Source: an uncultured Pelagibacteraceae bacterium
GTDB taxonomy: Bacteria > Pseudomonadota > Alphaproteobacteria > Pelagibacterales > Pelagibacteraceae
Reading direction: 5' to 3'
DNA: 64,000 bases
Assembly: GCA_902583685.1 (NCBI GenBank)
Contig: CACHWO010000001.1
Span: 4,833 to 68,832, forward strand
In this document: one piece after another, positions 9,166 to 17,589 of the stretch
Layout of the letters: each line of letters begins with the position of its first letter
Numbering within the stretch: position 1 is the stretch's first letter
Program-made: the position numbers and the translations under genes
The notes under the pieces: generated by a model
Told to the model about the DNA's origin: nothing
Database searches by the model: none
The model's input: only the letters and a program-made list of their open reading frames with translations

Positions 9166-10848
9166 ATGAAATTGTCCGAAATAAATAGCTTGGTTGAACT
9201 GTATTTTAAAAAATCTGTCGAAGAGGATAAAAAAAAACCTTTTTTAAGATGGTTAAAGCCTGACAAACCCACTTATAATTGGCAACAAATAACAGATAGT
9301 ATTTATAAACTATCAAATAAAATTAAATCTTTAATAAACAAAGGTGACAGATGTTTGATCTTATCTGAGAACAGACCCTACTGGCTAATATCTGATATAT
9401 CTATAATGAATGCAGGGGGCATATCTGTTCCGATATTTACAACATACTCAGCTGACGACTACGAATATATTATTAAAGATTGTAAACCATCATTGATTAT
9501 TGTTTCAAATAACAATCAATTTAAAAAAGTAAAAAATTTTATTAATCACAATGAACAAAAAATAATATCATTCGAAAAAATTGAAGTAAAAAGTTTATTA
9601 ATAAAAGATATTTTAAATGAAAGACATTTTAAAAAGGAAATAAATACTAATTTGAAAAGAAATATGCCTGCATGCATAATTTATACCTCAGGCACCTCAG
9701 GTAATCCTAAAGGAGTTATTTTAAGTCACGGGGGAATTCTTGCAAATTGTGAAGGAGCTTTAGAAATATTAGATCCTTTAATAAAAAAAAAACAACCAGT
9801 ATTTTTAACATGGCTACCTCTTTCTCACTCATATGAACACGCTGTGCAGTTTATTCAAATTTTACTTGGGGCAAAAGTTTTTTATGCTGAAAACTTGGAG
9901 AAACTTTTATCAAATATGTCTATTGCTAAACCTACAATCATGACAGCTGTTCCAAGATTTTATCAAAATTTATATAATAAAATAAATTCAAATTTTAAAA
10001 AACAATTAGGTTTTAAAAAAAAACTAATTGATAAAACATTATATCTGGGAAAAAAGGTTTTAAAAAATGAACCACTAAAACCAGGTGAAAGAATATTAAA
10101 TTTTTTATGTCAAATTCTTGTAAGGAGAAAAATTCAAAAGCAATTTGGTGGAAATCTTCAGGCCTTTGTTTCAGGCGGAGGTGCACTTGATAAAAATGTT
10201 GGAGAGTTTTTAAATGCTGTTGGTTTGCCAACATTACAAGGGTATGGGTTAACAGAAACATCACCTGTAGTGAGTTGTAATATTCCTGGAAATATCAAAG
10301 TTGATACAGTTGGGCCACCTTTTAAAACAAATCAAGTTAAAATAGCAGATGATGGTGAAATATTAGTTAAAGGAGAAAATGTGATGTTAGGTTATTTAAA
10401 TAAAGAAAAAGAGACAAATGAAGTTATAAAAAATGGATGGTTACATACTGGTGATATAGGAGAAATAGACACAAATGGATATTTAAAAATTACCGACAGA
10501 AAAAAAGATATAATCGTTAATCATGGTGGAGATAATATTTCTCCAAGCAAAATTGAAAATATTATTTGTAATAACGAAAAAATAAAACAATGTTTAGTTT
10601 ATGGAGATAAAAAAAATTATTTAGTTGCATTAATTGTTGTAGATCAGAAAGATAAAAATTATACAACTATAGGAAGTATTATAGAAAGTTTTAACAAAAG
10701 TTTATCAATTATAGAAAAAATTAAAAAATTTAAAATAATTCATGACGAATTTACAATTGATAACGGTTTAATGACACCAACATTAAAACTGAAACGAAAA
10801 AAAATAATAGAAAAATATAAACAAGATTTAGAAAAACTTTATTTTTAA
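9166..10848 (+). CDS. long-chain acyl-CoA synthetase (AMP-forming)
   Basis: 560 aa ORF with the AMP-binding signature IIYTSGTSGNPKGV, plus GYGLTET and LHTGDIG..GYLKITDRKKD. Confidence 0.8.
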   Translation: MKLSEINSLVELYFKKSVEEDKKKPFLRWLKPDKPTYNWQQITDSIYKLSNKIKSLINKGDRCLILSENRPYWLISDISIMNAGGISVPIFTTYSADDYEYIIKDCKPSLIIVSNNNQFKKVKNFINHNEQKIISFEKIEVKSLLIKDILNERHFKKEINTNLKRNMPACIIYTSGTSGNPKGVILSHGGILANCEGALEILDPLIKKKQPVFLTWLPLSHSYEHAVQFIQILLGAKVFYAENLEKLLSNMSIAKPTIMTAVPRFYQNLYNKINSNFKKQLGFKKKLIDKTLYLGKKVLKNEPLKPGERILNFLCQILVRRKIQKQFGGNLQAFVSGGGALDKNVGEFLNAVGLPTLQGYGLTETSPVVSCNIPGNIKVDTVGPPFKTNQVKIADDGEILVKGENVMLGYLNKEKETNEVIKNGWLHTGDIGEIDTNGYLKITDRKKDIIVNHGGDNISPSKIENIICNNEKIKQCLVYGDKKNYLVALIVVDQKDKNYTTIGSIIESFNKSLSIIEKIKKFKIIHDEFTIDNGLMTPTLKLKRKKIIEKYKQDLEKLYF

Positions 10849-11053
10849 TGAATATTTTTTTATTTTATATCATTAATAAAAGTGTTGGTATTGCTCGTTA
10901 ATTTAATAACTTTTTCATTAAATGAATCTGAATAAATAAAATAAGTTTTTACAAAATTTTACAACAAATTTATGTTTGACATCTTTGTTAAAAAACTTAA
11001 ATATAAAATTATCAAACGAATCATTAAGATTTGTTATAAAAAGGGAGATAAAG

Positions 11054-11116
11054 ATGGCTAAAAGAAGAAAAAAGAAAAAGAAAAAAGCTAAGAAAAAAAG
11101 AAGAAGAAGAAGATAA
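11054..11116 (+). CDS. 20-aa polybasic micro-ORF (MAKRRKKKKKKAKKKRRRRR)
   Basis: A GGGAG Shine-Dalgarno at 11043-11047 lies 6 nt before the ATG. The ORF has 20 sense codons, 17 of them Lys/Arg, then TAA. A strong bidirectional hairpin terminator follows 9 nt downstream. No other + strand gene lies nearby. Confidence 0.45.
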   Translation: MAKRRKKKKKKAKKKRRRRR

Positions 11117-11124
11117 GTATATTT

Positions 11125-11164
11125 AAAAATCGCCCTTTCTATTTATTTGGAAAGGGCGATTTTT
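11125..11164. terminator. bidirectional intrinsic terminator shared by the micro-ORF (+) and carD (-)
   Basis: The sequence AAAAATCGCCCTTTC-(loop)-GAAAGGGCGATTTTT forms a stem of about 15 bp flanked by A5 and T5. It therefore reads as hairpin plus U-tract on both strands. Confidence 0.75.
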
Positions 11165-11810
11165 ATTCTACCTCTATATTTTGATTTCTACCTAATGCCT
11201 TATCCATTTTTTTTCCAGCATCGTCTGTAGACAATTTTAATACAACTTGAAATTCACTTTTTAGTCTATCATAAGCTTTCTCAAATAGTTGTCTCTCACT
11301 ATAAGACTGATCTGCAATAGCATTAGAATTTTTATTAAGATCTTTAACTACCTCTGCTAATTCATATATTTTTCCTGAATTTATCTTTTGCTCATATTCT
11401 TGAGAACGCCTACTCCACATTGTACGTTTTATTTTTGGCTTAGTTTTCAAAATTGAAAGACATTTATTAATTTGATTTGTAGAAGAAATATGTCTTAAAC
11501 TAGATTGCTGGTTTATCGGAATCGTTAAAGTTAACTTATCTTTTTCAATAAAAACTTTATAAAAATTAATATTAATATCTCCAATAACAGCTTTTTCAAT
11601 TGAGACTATTTTTCCTACCCCATGCTTTGGATAAACTACATACTCATTAACATTATAAATCCTTTTTTCAGAAGGTTGTTTCTTTATTTTTTTTATTATG
11701 ATTTTTTCATCCTGAGGGCTTTTCGATGTAAAGCTTTGTTTTTTTATAGGTTTGGATAGAATCTTTTTTTTATTTTTTTTTACTTTAGTTTTTTTAGTCT
11801 TTTTTCTCAT
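11163..11810 (-). CDS. carD: CarD/CdnL family RNA-polymerase-binding regulator with a polybasic N-terminal extension
   Basis: 215 aa ORF. The CarD core (YVVYPKHGVGKIVSIE...FYKV...) starts near residue 55. Residues 1-50 contain 22 Lys/Arg. Confidence 0.75.
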   Translation of the reverse strand: MRKKTKKTKVKKNKKKILSKPIKKQSFTSKSPQDEKIIIKKIKKQPSEKRIYNVNEYVVYPKHGVGKIVSIEKAVIGDININFYKVFIEKDKLTLTIPINQQSSLRHISSTNQINKCLSILKTKPKIKRTMWSRRSQEYEQKINSGKIYELAEVVKDLNKNSNAIADQSYSERQLFEKAYDRLKSEFQVVLKLSTDDAGKKMDKALGRNQNIEVE

Positions 11811-11816
11811 ATCAAA

Positions 11817-12158
11817 TTATTTTGCTCCGTTTTTAGAAAAATGTTTTTCAAATTTATCTTTTATATTTTTGTATTTATCATTTTCAGGATAAGGATCTTT
11901 TTTTTTAGTAATGTTTGGCCATATCTTAGAATATTTATCATTTACTTCTAACCATTTATTTTTATCTTCTTTATTATAATCTACATCTGATACAATTGCA
12001 TCAATCGGACATTCAGGTTCACAAACACCGCAATCTATACATTCGTCAGGATTAATTACAAGCATATTTTCACCTTCGTAAAAACAATTAACGGGACAAA
12101 CTTCAACACAATCAGTTAATTTGCATTTGATACATTCATCTTTAACAATATAGGTCAT
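11817..12158 (-). CDS. fdxA: 7Fe ferredoxin (3Fe-4S plus 4Fe-4S)
   Basis: 113 aa ORF with the CxxC..C..CP and [12 protein letters not shown] cluster motifs. Confidence 0.85.
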   Translation of the reverse strand: MTYIVKDECIKCKLTDCVEVCPVNCFYEGENMLVINPDECIDCGVCEPECPIDAIVSDVDYNKEDKNKWLEVNDKYSKIWPNITKKKDPYPENDKYKNIKDKFEKHFSKNGAK

Positions 12159-12162
12159 ATAT

Positions 12163-12582
12163 TTATTTATTTTTTAAAACTTTTAATTTTATTTCACCAA
12201 TTAATTTATCGGGAAGATAAAGTAAACCGCTAATTCGTCTCATTAAAGTAGCTTCATACATATCTGCTTTTTCATCTGATAAAATTATTTGCCATAATGT
12301 CTCGATTATTTTTTTTTTAAAATCTAAAGAATTTTTTTTTATTTCTTTTGTAAAATTTAAGATTTGATTTGAGTTTTGCTCTTCCTTCTCTGCTAGTTTT
12401 ATTATTTCATCTGAATTGATATTGGCATTTATTGAATTAAGAAAATTTTTTATTATATTCTTTTCCTTGTCAGAGTAATTTTCATCAATTTTTGCAGCGT
12501 ATATAAGTAAAGATGAAATTTTTATTAGGTCATCTTTTTTATTATTACTATCTTCAGTTTTATTGAAAATATCTTTTATCAT
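12163..12582 (-). CDS. TerB-family (tellurite-resistance-like) small protein
   Basis: 139 aa ORF with two helical repeats. It has D-x-x-Y-S-D-K-E and a C-terminal ..[21 protein letters not shown].. pattern, as in alphaproteobacterial TerB-family proteins. It has an ATGA overlap with the upstream helicase. Confidence 0.5.
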   Translation of the reverse strand: MIKDIFNKTEDSNNKKDDLIKISSLLIYAAKIDENYSDKEKNIIKNFLNSINANINSDEIIKLAEKEEQNSNQILNFTKEIKKNSLDFKKKIIETLWQIILSDEKADMYEATLMRRISGLLYLPDKLIGEIKLKVLKNK

Positions 12583-15050
12583 TTTAAACTTAAAGACTCC
12601 AATTTTTTAAAAGGGTTACGGTCACTTTTTAAAACTTTCTTAATTTTTTTAGTTTTTCTTTCTCCAATATAAACAAATGAATTTTCGACATTTTTTTTAT
12701 CCCTTTTATAATTCATAAGCAACATTAATTGAAAGAAATTTTCTTTTGTACATCCTAATAAATTTATCATGCTGGAATCTGTCTCAAATTTTCCATTTTT
12801 ACTCTTTTCTATTATTTTGATAAAAAGTTTTTCTAAAATATCCACTCTTATATAAAAATTCTTAAATTTTTCAAAACCACATAAAAGTAAGAAATTTCTG
12901 TCAAAATTACTTTTATCATCTTTCAAAAAGTTTAAGCCAGATTTAGGAATCTCACTATTTAATGAAATTCGATTAAAAAATTTCCAAAGTAAAATTCTTA
13001 ATTCAACAGCTTTTGGTTTAAGCATTTTTGGTAAGAAAACATGGTATCTGCCTACCTTTATTCCTAAAGATCTAAATTGTTTTCTTTCATCTTTTAAAAT
13101 ATTTTTAAGTATATCTTCAACCTGAAATCTTTTTAAAATACCGTTATTTTCGTAAAGCCTGAATGCAATAGCTCTTACATATCTATTTTTATTATCTTTA
13201 TTGGTTAAGTTAATTAAATCTTTCAATTCCTCAGATATATATGAGTTTAGCCACTCATTTAAATAAACAAAAAGATCTTTTTTTGCATTTTCTTCTAAAG
13301 CTTCATCGCTAATAATTTCTATTTCAGGACATAAGTAATTTTTACCTTTTTTTATTCTAGCAATGGGATTGTTATTCCACTCTATTTTAAATTCTTTATT
13401 AAGTTTAAGGTCTTCTGATTCTATAATAATTTTTACTCTTTTTTTTAACTCATCCTCAATACCTTGCTTAGCAGCTTTTTTCAGAGATTTTATGTCTGTT
13501 TCTAATGTCCCTTGCGTAAACTCTAAATTAAGTTTTAGACCCTTTAGTTTTCCAATTAGTTGATTATCAATAATTACCTCATCATTTTCATTAATATCTG
13601 TTCTTAGCTTAACATCTTGCTTGAGACCTCTAGACAAAACACTAATTCTTTTATCGATAAAACTCTTTGTCAATTCAATGTGTAACTTATCTGATAAACT
13701 ATCCTCAATATTTTTACTCGTTTGAATCCAATAATCTGCATTTTCTACCCAATTTTTTTTATTTGCTACATAAGACCATGTTCTAACATTTGAAATTTTA
13801 TTCGAGATCATATCTATATTACCTTTGTATTTATCCAAGCCTTTGAGCTGATTTTTCATATAATCGTTTGGAATTTTACTTTTTTTTGAATTTAGAAAAT
13901 TAAAAACTTTTGTGACTATTTCAATGTGAGTAAATGCTTTTTTTTGAAAATCTGGTATCTGACAACATTCCCATAATAAATTTAGTTTATTATTAGAAAA
14001 TTTTAGCTTTTGGTCACGAATTAAGTATTTTAATACATTTTCGTCTATTGAGTCGGACATTCTTAAAAATTTATTATTTGTTGTTTTCATTTCTAAAGAT
14101 TTAATCAATGTATCAGCGTTATTAAAATTGAGATCTGAATTTCTCCAGAACAAAAATTTAATATCATCAAGGTTATGACTTTCTATTCTTTCAATTTCGT
14201 CTGGAAGCAAATTTTCACAACCACCCGTAACACCAAAATATCCATCTGTCTTATATCTCCCAGCTCTACCCGCAATTTGTGAAATTTCCGTTGTCCTTAA
14301 TTTTCTTGTTTTTTTTCCGTCAAACTTTTTTAAACTAGAAAAACTAATTTGTTCAATATCCATATTTAAACCCATACCAATTGCGTCGGTAGCAACTAAA
14401 TAATCAACATCACCTGATTGATAAACTTCTACTTGAGAGTTTCTTGTTTTAGGACTCAATGATCCCATTATAACAGCAGCACCACCTTTTTGTCGTCTAA
14501 CCAGTTCAGCAATGGCGTAAATTTCTTCTACAGAAAATGCAATGAGTGCACTTTTTCTTTCTAATCTAGAAATTTTTTTATGCCCATTATACGAAAGTTT
14601 TGAAAATCTATTTTGCTCAACAAATTGAGTTTCTGGGATTATTTCAGATATTATATTTTTCATTATCTGAGATCCTAGAAACATTGTTAACGCTTCTCCC
14701 CTTGAATTTAAAAGTCTATCAGTAAATATATGCCCTCGCTCTCTGTCACCGCACATTTGTATTTCATCAATAGCAATAAAATCTACAACCATATCTTTTG
14801 GCATAGCTTCAACAGTACAAATGTAATATTGAGATGTATGTGGAATAATTTTTTCTTCACCAGTTATTAAAGCTACTTTTTCTGCACCAACTTTGCTAAC
14901 ACATTTATCGTATACTTCTCTAGCTAAAAGTCTTAGGGGAAAGCCAAATATTCCAGAATTAAACTCCATCATCTTTTCAATCGCAGTAAAGGTTTTTCCT
15001 GTGTTTGTAGGACCCAACACAGCAATTATTTTATTTTGAGAAGTATTCAT
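12579..15050 (-). CDS. Suv3-like superfamily 2 ATP-dependent RNA/DNA helicase
   Basis: 823 aa ORF with Walker A GPTNTGKT, Walker B DEIQM, a helicase C-terminal domain (TDAIGMGLN, QIAGRAGR) and a long C-terminal extension. Confidence 0.65.
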   Translation of the reverse strand: MNTSQNKIIAVLGPTNTGKTFTAIEKMMEFNSGIFGFPLRLLAREVYDKCVSKVGAEKVALITGEEKIIPHTSQYYICTVEAMPKDMVVDFIAIDEIQMCGDRERGHIFTDRLLNSRGEALTMFLGSQIMKNIISEIIPETQFVEQNRFSKLSYNGHKKISRLERKSALIAFSVEEIYAIAELVRRQKGGAAVIMGSLSPKTRNSQVEVYQSGDVDYLVATDAIGMGLNMDIEQISFSSLKKFDGKKTRKLRTTEISQIAGRAGRYKTDGYFGVTGGCENLLPDEIERIESHNLDDIKFLFWRNSDLNFNNADTLIKSLEMKTTNNKFLRMSDSIDENVLKYLIRDQKLKFSNNKLNLLWECCQIPDFQKKAFTHIEIVTKVFNFLNSKKSKIPNDYMKNQLKGLDKYKGNIDMISNKISNVRTWSYVANKKNWVENADYWIQTSKNIEDSLSDKLHIELTKSFIDKRISVLSRGLKQDVKLRTDINENDEVIIDNQLIGKLKGLKLNLEFTQGTLETDIKSLKKAAKQGIEDELKKRVKIIIESEDLKLNKEFKIEWNNNPIARIKKGKNYLCPEIEIISDEALEENAKKDLFVYLNEWLNSYISEELKDLINLTNKDNKNRYVRAIAFRLYENNGILKRFQVEDILKNILKDERKQFRSLGIKVGRYHVFLPKMLKPKAVELRILLWKFFNRISLNSEIPKSGLNFLKDDKSNFDRNFLLLCGFEKFKNFYIRVDILEKLFIKIIEKSKNGKFETDSSMINLLGCTKENFFQLMLLMNYKRDKKNVENSFVYIGERKTKKIKKVLKSDRNPFKKLESLSLK

Positions 15051-15198
15051 TTATTTGTGCTATATTTTTTTTTAAATACTATATATTGATTGCCATTGAG
15101 AACAAAAGAAGATTAAATCATGACCGAATCACTTTGTCAAACGTTCTATTTTGGCCATATATCTTTAGTTAAATTATTTTTGTTTTACTATAAATAAA

Positions 15199-16434
15199 AT
15201 GAAAGATTACACAAAAAAAAATATTCAATCTTTAAAACCATCAGCCACTTTGGCGATAAATGAAAAATCAAAAGAATTAATTTTAAATGGAAAAAAAGTC
15301 TATAGATTTGGTTTTGGACAGTCACCATTTCCAGTGCCAGAAAAAGTTGTAAGTGCTTTAAAAAAAAATGCTCACAAAAAAGATTATTTACCAATTCAAG
15401 GTTCTTTAAAACTTAGAAAGTCTATTGCAAAATATATTAGTGATAGAACAAAAACCTCTTTTGAATCAGAGGATATAATTATAAGTCCAGGATCTAAACA
15501 AATGATGTTTTTAATACATCTTGGTTTTGATGGAGATATTATACTGCCTGCACCAAGTTGGGTATCTTATGAACCACATGCTATTATTGGCAAAAATAAA
15601 TTCCATTGGATAGAAACATCAAGAGAAAATAACTGGTTTCCAACTGGAAAACAAATTGAGGAAAAAGCTAAAAACATAAAAAATAAAAATATTATTTTAA
15701 TTTTAAACTCTCCAAATAATCCAGCTGGATCAAATTGTTTAAATTTTGAAGAAATTGCAAGTGTAGCAAGAAAATTTGGAATCGTAATACTTTCCGATGA
15801 GATATACACTGAAATTTCTTTTAATAGAGAATATAAATCTATTTCACAAAATTACCCTGAGGGCACAATAATAAGTAGCGGTTTGAGTAAATGGTGCGGA
15901 GCTGGAGGTTGGAGACTAGGATTTTTTGCTATTCCAGAAAAATTAAAACCAATCTTAAAAATGTTAAAGGTTTTATCAAGCGAGTCCTTTACTGCTGTGA
16001 GTACTCCAATACAATATGCAGCCATAGAAGCTTTTGAAGGTAATCATACTGAATACTTAAAAAAAACAACTACAATATTAAATGCTGTTGGAAATTTTGT
16101 TTATGAAAATTTGAAATCAAATAAAGTTCTTATTCAGAAACCAGAAGGTGGTTTCTATCTTATGCCAGAGTTTTTGAATTCTAGATTTAAAACATCTGAG
16201 GAAATGTGTAATAATATTTTAGATAAATCAGGTGTTGCATTGTTGCCTGGTTCTGACTTTGGTTTTAAACCAAATAAAATGTTAGCACGGTTAAGCTTTA
16301 CAGATTTTGATGGTGAAAATTTTTTAAGAAATTTAAAGAATGGAAAAAAACCAGATACTGAAACAATTAAAAAGTATGCACCGAATATCGTTGAAGGAAC
16401 AACCAAATTAGTTGAGTGGTCTAAAAACCTCTAA
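15199..16434 (+). CDS. class I/II PLP-dependent aminotransferase (aspartate/alanine aminotransferase-like)
   Basis: 411 aa ORF with NSPNNPAG and SGLSKWCGAGGWRLGF (PLP Lys) motifs. Confidence 0.7.
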   Translation: MKDYTKKNIQSLKPSATLAINEKSKELILNGKKVYRFGFGQSPFPVPEKVVSALKKNAHKKDYLPIQGSLKLRKSIAKYISDRTKTSFESEDIIISPGSKQMMFLIHLGFDGDIILPAPSWVSYEPHAIIGKNKFHWIETSRENNWFPTGKQIEEKAKNIKNKNIILILNSPNNPAGSNCLNFEEIASVARKFGIVILSDEIYTEISFNREYKSISQNYPEGTIISSGLSKWCGAGGWRLGFFAIPEKLKPILKMLKVLSSESFTAVSTPIQYAAIEAFEGNHTEYLKKTTTILNAVGNFVYENLKSNKVLIQKPEGGFYLMPEFLNSRFKTSEEMCNNILDKSGVALLPGSDFGFKPNKMLARLSFTDFDGENFLRNLKNGKKPDTETIKKYAPNIVEGTTKLVEWSKNL

Positions 16435-16536
16435 TTAGACTCATAACTAATAGTCCAATTTAAGTTATTTGCCTTTACATAACCTTAGATGAATTGATAC
16501 GATTTGCACATTAATTATAATTAAGGAGGAAAGGTT

Positions 16537-17532
16537 ATGAAAAAAATAATCTCAACAATATCTGGAGCGTTGTTTTTATTTGCGATCAGTTTGCCTACTT
16601 CTATAGCTAAATCTGCTGAATTCTTTTCAATAGGAACAGGTGGACCAACTGGTGTTTATTTTCAAGTTGGAAATGCTATATGCAAAATGGTAGCAAAAAT
16701 ACAATCTGCAGAACACGGTAGAAAAAAAGGAACAGCTAAAGCTTTACGTTGTTCAGCTCCGTCTACAGGTGGTTCGACTTATAATATAGGTCAAATCATG
16801 CAAGGTGAGTTACAATTTGGTGTTGCCCAGTCTGACTGGCAATATCATGCTTATAATGGAACTAGACCAGACAAAGTAAAACCTTTTAACGGCCTAAGAG
16901 CAGTTTTTTCAGCACATCCTGAACCATTTCAAATTATTACGAGAAAAGGTTCAAAGATAAAGGACTGGAACAGCTTAAAAGGAAAAAAAGTTAATATAGG
17001 TAATCCTGGTTCAGGACAAAGAGGAACTTTCGAAGTTCTTATGGAAGCTCATGGAGTAGACACTGGTTATTTTGGTTCTACGTCTGAATTAACTTCTTCA
17101 GAACAATCAGGCGCTCTTTGTGATAAAAAAATAGATGCATTTGGTTACACAGTTGGTGTTCCAAACGCAGGTGTTGCACAATCAACTGATGGATGTGGCG
17201 CAAGCATAATTAATTTAAATACAGATGCTGTAAAAAAATTAGTTGCAGACAATCCATTTTATGCATTTGCAACAATTCCAAAAGGTACTTACAAAACTTC
17301 TAAAAAGGATGTAACTACTTTTGGTGTTATGGCTTCAGTAGTAACAAGTGAAGCAGTGTCAGAAGAACTAGTATATTCTGTGGTAAAAGCGGTTTTTGAA
17401 AACTTAGATGATTTCAAAAAACAACACCCAGCATTTGCAAATCTAGATCCAAAAAAAATGATCGTAGATGGTTTATCTGCACCATTGCACCCAGGAGCAG
17501 TTAAATATTATAAAGAAAAAGGCTTAATGTAA
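16537..17532 (+). CDS. TRAP transporter solute receptor, TAXI family
   Basis: 331 aa ORF with a signal peptide, then IGTGGPTGVYFQVGNAIC and a C-terminal HPGAVKYYKE typical of TAXI receptors. The strong SD AAGGAGG at 16523-16529 suggests high expression. Confidence 0.8.
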   Translation: MKKIISTISGALFLFAISLPTSIAKSAEFFSIGTGGPTGVYFQVGNAICKMVAKIQSAEHGRKKGTAKALRCSAPSTGGSTYNIGQIMQGELQFGVAQSDWQYHAYNGTRPDKVKPFNGLRAVFSAHPEPFQIITRKGSKIKDWNSLKGKKVNIGNPGSGQRGTFEVLMEAHGVDTGYFGSTSELTSSEQSGALCDKKIDAFGYTVGVPNAGVAQSTDGCGASIINLNTDAVKKLVADNPFYAFATIPKGTYKTSKKDVTTFGVMASVVTSEAVSEELVYSVVKAVFENLDDFKKQHPAFANLDPKKMIVDGLSAPLHPGAVKYYKEKGLM

Positions 17533-17542
17533 GCTATTTATT

Positions 17543-17578
17543 AAAAAGGCCCAGTTGATTAACTGGGCCTTTTTTTTT
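17543..17578 (+). terminator. intrinsic terminator / attenuator between TAXI receptor and permease genes
   Basis: The sequence AAAAAGGCCCAGTT-gat-AACTGGGCCTTTTTTTTT is a GC-rich stem followed by a T-run. Confidence 0.7.
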
Positions 17579-17589
17579 ATTCTCTTAAA

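Noticed and set aside
9060-9272. 70-aa minus-strand ORF
   Set aside because: It lies antisense across tRNA-Leu and the start of the acyl-CoA synthetase, and has no independent support.
10976-11007. Sigma-70-like promoter (TTGACA then an A/T-rich -10 candidate) for the polybasic micro-ORF
   Set aside because: The TTGACA match is exact. However, no TATAAT-like hexamer sits at 16-18 bp spacing (the best is TAAATA or AAATAT), and TA-rich hexamers are everywhere here. It is kept only as a hint inside the micro-ORF finding.
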